From positions 1 through 60,933 of IMG/VR virus record IMGVR_UViG_3300051212_000930: a DNA stretch of 60,933 nt. One strand, 5' to 3'. Origin of the DNA: a virus. Lineage: Duplodnaviria > Caudoviricetes. Below the pieces are notes generated by a model. It had not been told where the DNA came from and did not search any database. It saw only the letters and a program-made list of their open reading frames with translations. The translations under genes and the position numbers were made by a program. This document shows, piece by piece, positions 58,365-60,933 of this stretch (within the stretch, counting starts at the first letter, position 1; every line of letters starts with the position of its first letter).

Positions 58365-60215
58365 ATGGCAGAAAAATTAACAGTATTTCAGAAATTAGGT
58401 CGTGCATTGGGATCGCAAGTCAGCGGGCCAGCATACATTATTGACCCAAAATCTTTTGCAAATTTAGATGCAAAAGAATTAGAACAAAAAAAATTAGAGG
58501 CTCAACAAACCTATTATCTACAAAATCAGTGGAAAAAAATAGATAATGAGCTTTACCAAAAAGCTGTATATTATGAACCAACAAGAATGGCGTCATATTT
58601 TGACTATGAAGCCATGGAGTATACACCAGAAATAGCAGCCGCATTAGATATTTTTGCTGACGAGGCGACAACCTCAAACGAAAGTGGTAAAATATTAAGC
58701 ATTTATTCGGATAGTACCCGAATTAAGAATGAATTAGTTGACCTTTTTGAGAATGTATTGGACATAAATACCAATTTAACATCTTGGGCTAGAAATTTAT
58801 GTAAATATGGTGATAACTTTGTTTACAATAAGATCGTACCTAAAAAGGGTATTGTTGGTTGTGTTCAATTACCAAATATTGAAATAACAAGAACAGAACC
58901 AGGTTTTGTTCCTGTTAGAAATTTAGATCAATATCAAGAGGAAAACGCTATTCAGTTTCATTGGAAAGATAAGAATATAGATTTTAATTCATTTGAGGTT
59001 TCCCATTTCAGATTATTGGGTGATGATAGAAAATTACCATATGGTACATCAATGCTTGAAAAAGTTAGGAGAATTTGGAAACAATTATTACTTTCTGAAG
59101 ATGCGATGTTGGTTTATCGTGTTACCAGAGCCCCAGAAAGAAGGGTTTACAAAATCTTTGTGGGTAACATGGATGATAAGGACGTTGATGGTTATGTTGA
59201 TAAAATTGCCAATAACTTTAAGAGGATTAATATTGTAAACTCACAGAATGGACAGCAAGATACAAGATATAATCCTTTGGCGGTTGACCAAGATTATTTT
59301 ATTCCAGTAAGAGACCCAGCATTAACGATGCCCATTGAAACTCTACCTGGTGCACAAAATTTATCTGAAATTGCTGATATTGAATATATCCAGAAAAAAA
59401 TGTTAGCGGCTCTTAGAGTACCTAAAGCATTTTTAGGTTTTGATGAAGCAACTGGTGAAGGTAAAAACTTAGCCATACTTGATATTCGTTTTGCTAGAGC
59501 GGTACATAGAATACAAAAAGCTCTTATTCAAGAGTTAAATAAGATGGCGATTATTCATCTTTACCTTAAAGGTTATGAAGATGATTTAAATAATTTCACA
59601 TTATCATTAACAACACCATCAACACAAGCGGACATCCTTAAAGTACAAAACTGGAAGGAAAAAATTCAGCTATATCGCGATGCGGTATCTGATGCTGGAA
59701 ACGGGTATGGTGCAGTATCGATGACATGGGCCAAAAAAGAAATACTCGGTATGTCAGAAGAGGACATCAAACTTGATATTCAAAGACAAGCTGTTGAAAA
59801 AGCGGGTGGCGAAGAAATTAAAATGTTGGCTGAGACGATTAAACAAACTGGACTATTCAGGGAAATCTATAAAGCTTACAAGATTAATCCAGATAATATG
59901 ACAGCTGGTGGTGCAACTGGAGCAGCTGGGGCTGAAGCTGGGGCTGAATTAAGTGCTGCTATCGGTGGTGGTGGTGGAGCTGAAGGTGGTTTAGGTACCG
60001 ACTTTACAGCACCATTGGAAACACCAGAAGCGGGGGCTGAGGTTGGAGCTGAAGCTGGAGCTGAAACAGGGGGTGAAGCTGGAGCTGAAACTGAAACCGC
60101 ACCAGAAGAAACTTTAGCTGAAAGATCTAAAAGATACATGGATAAAAGACGTAGTAACATTACCGAAACCATAAACAAAAGTATCGCTGAGATAGATAAA
60201 ATATTAAAAGACTAA
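58365..60215 (+). CDS. Portal protein (T4 gp20-like)
   Basis: YEAMEYTPEIAAALDI.ADE, LCKYGD, PYGTSMLE..RRIWKQL.L.EDAML.YR..RAPERRV, DYFIPVR, IETLPG, ALRVPKAFLG, DIRFAR. Confidence 0.95.
   Translation: MAEKLTVFQKLGRALGSQVSGPAYIIDPKSFANLDAKELEQKKLEAQQTYYLQNQWKKIDNELYQKAVYYEPTRMASYFDYEAMEYTPEIAAALDIFADEATTSNESGKILSIYSDSTRIKNELVDLFENVLDINTNLTSWARNLCKYGDNFVYNKIVPKKGIVGCVQLPNIEITRTEPGFVPVRNLDQYQEENAIQFHWKDKNIDFNSFEVSHFRLLGDDRKLPYGTSMLEKVRRIWKQLLLSEDAMLVYRVTRAPERRVYKIFVGNMDDKDVDGYVDKIANNFKRINIVNSQNGQQDTRYNPLAVDQDYFIPVRDPALTMPIETLPGAQNLSEIADIEYIQKKMLAALRVPKAFLGFDEATGEGKNLAILDIRFARAVHRIQKALIQELNKMAIIHLYLKGYEDDLNNFTLSLTTPSTQADILKVQNWKEKIQLYRDAVSDAGNGYGAVSMTWAKKEILGMSEEDIKLDIQRQAVEKAGGEEIKMLAETIKQTGLFREIYKAYKINPDNMTAGGATGAAGAEAGAELSAAIGGGGGAEGGLGTDFTAPLETPEAGAEVGAEAGAETGGEAGAETETAPEETLAERSKRYMDKRRSNITETINKSIAEIDKILKD
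59900..60105 (+). repeat. Low-complexity GAE(A/V/T)G repeats in portal C-terminal tail
   Basis: Repeated GCTGAAGCTGG/GGAGCTGAA units. Confidence 0.8.
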
Positions 60216-60257
60216 ATTTAACCAATAATTCAAATATTTATCTAAAAATAGAAAATC

Positions 60258-60933
60258 ATGTTTGGAGTTATAAAAGAAAATATTTTAGGTAAGTTAGAAA
60301 AAACTTATACTGATGGTGATGTGACTTCTTTTAAAAAAGAATTTAATCGTTACATTAAAACAATAAAGGAAAACAAAGACCTTAAAGAATTTTATGAGGT
60401 TTACGATTTGTTTAAACAAGTTAATTTTGATGACATCGATATCGCGAAAGAATTTGTTGAAGAATCCATTAGTTATCTAAAGCAATTTAACAAATCTGAG
60501 GTTGATAAATTAACCGAACTTACCGAAAGTTTACATAAATTAAATGAGAAAACGATTGAATTTAAATTAGATCAATTAATTTTTAACGAAAACATCTCTT
60601 TAAAAGAAAAAGCTCAGTACAAAGTTGAGCTAATCAAACAAATTACCAAAAAAGAAAACACAAAAATTGATTATAAAGATAGTTTCGAAGCTTTACATAA
60701 AAAAATAAATGAAAATGTTTCGAAATTAAATACAGAGCAAACAAAAGCGCTCGAATTGTTCATTGAAAATGATGTAAACAAGATTAATGATTTTTATCAG
60801 AACTTAATTAATGATACAGAAACTATTGTAGAGAATAAAATTTTAAATAGTGAAAACTCTGAGGTTGTTAAGAAATTAGTTGAGGTTAAAAAAAGACTTA
60901 ATTCTCTTAAAGAAGAAAACCCAACTATAATAG
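60258..60933 (+). CDS. Hypothetical helical protein downstream of portal (partial)
   Basis: ATG 60258 (MFGVIKENILGKLEK...), frame open at the right edge; TATTTAT at 60235. Confidence 0.75.
   Translation, partial: MFGVIKENILGKLEKTYTDGDVTSFKKEFNRYIKTIKENKDLKEFYEVYDLFKQVNFDDIDIAKEFVEESISYLKQFNKSEVDKLTELTESLHKLNEKTIEFKLDQLIFNENISLKEKAQYKVELIKQITKKENTKIDYKDSFEALHKKINENVSKLNTEQTKALELFIENDVNKINDFYQNLINDTETIVENKILNSENSEVVKKLVEVKKRLNSLKEENPTII

Noticed and set aside
55410-60178. Minus-strand and alternate-frame ORFs within the 55177 gene, terL and portal
   Set aside because: Shadows of strongly supported genes with no independent evidence.
1-60933. Stop-codon reassignment as in some large phages
   Set aside because: Core genes are full length in code 11, and TAA, TGA and TAG all occur as stops at tight gene junctions.
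1-60933. tRNA or rRNA genes
   Set aside because: Intergenic gaps are short and AT-rich with no cloverleaf or T-loop signature seen; tRNAscan-SE would confirm.

Overview
A ~61 kb, AT-rich, gene-dense segment of a large T4-like (contractile-tailed) bacteriophage genome in the standard genetic code. I found no rRNA, tRNA or CRISPR array. The left arm (minus strand) is a tail/neck module: a >2,165-aa baseplate-type protein missing from the ORF track because it runs off the window, tape measure, tail chaperone with a probable programmed frameshift, tube, sheath, tail terminator and head-closure protein. The middle carries an SNF2 helicase, a GP88-like Fe-S protein, neck protein, virion proteins and a family B DNA polymerase. 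A ~16 kb sugar cluster follows (NeuA/NeuB/HAD phosphatase, GT29-type sialyltransferase, Maf-like protein, many glycosyltransferases, plus dUTPase and PhoH). The right arm has a gp55-like late sigma factor, baseplate/spike genes, terminase large subunit and portal. TTG-N20-TAnnWTTG promoters and the lack of obvious Shine-Dalgarno sites suggest a Bacteroidota host. The strongest leads are: (1) a macrodomain-like module inserted inside the polymerase proofreading domain, possibly countering DNA ADP-ribosylation; (2) a phage-encoded nonulosonic-acid glycosylation system with candidate Thr-rich [S/T]GxT acceptors on virion proteins; (3) a promoter-to-terminator non-coding unit with GGTAC-anchored palindromic repeats between sheath and tube; (4) a late-promoter motif, TATTTAT, that is the reverse complement of the T4 late promoter; (5) an OmpA-like peptidoglycan-binding domain inserted in the baseplate protein. 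All family assignments come from motif recognition by eye; no searches were run.
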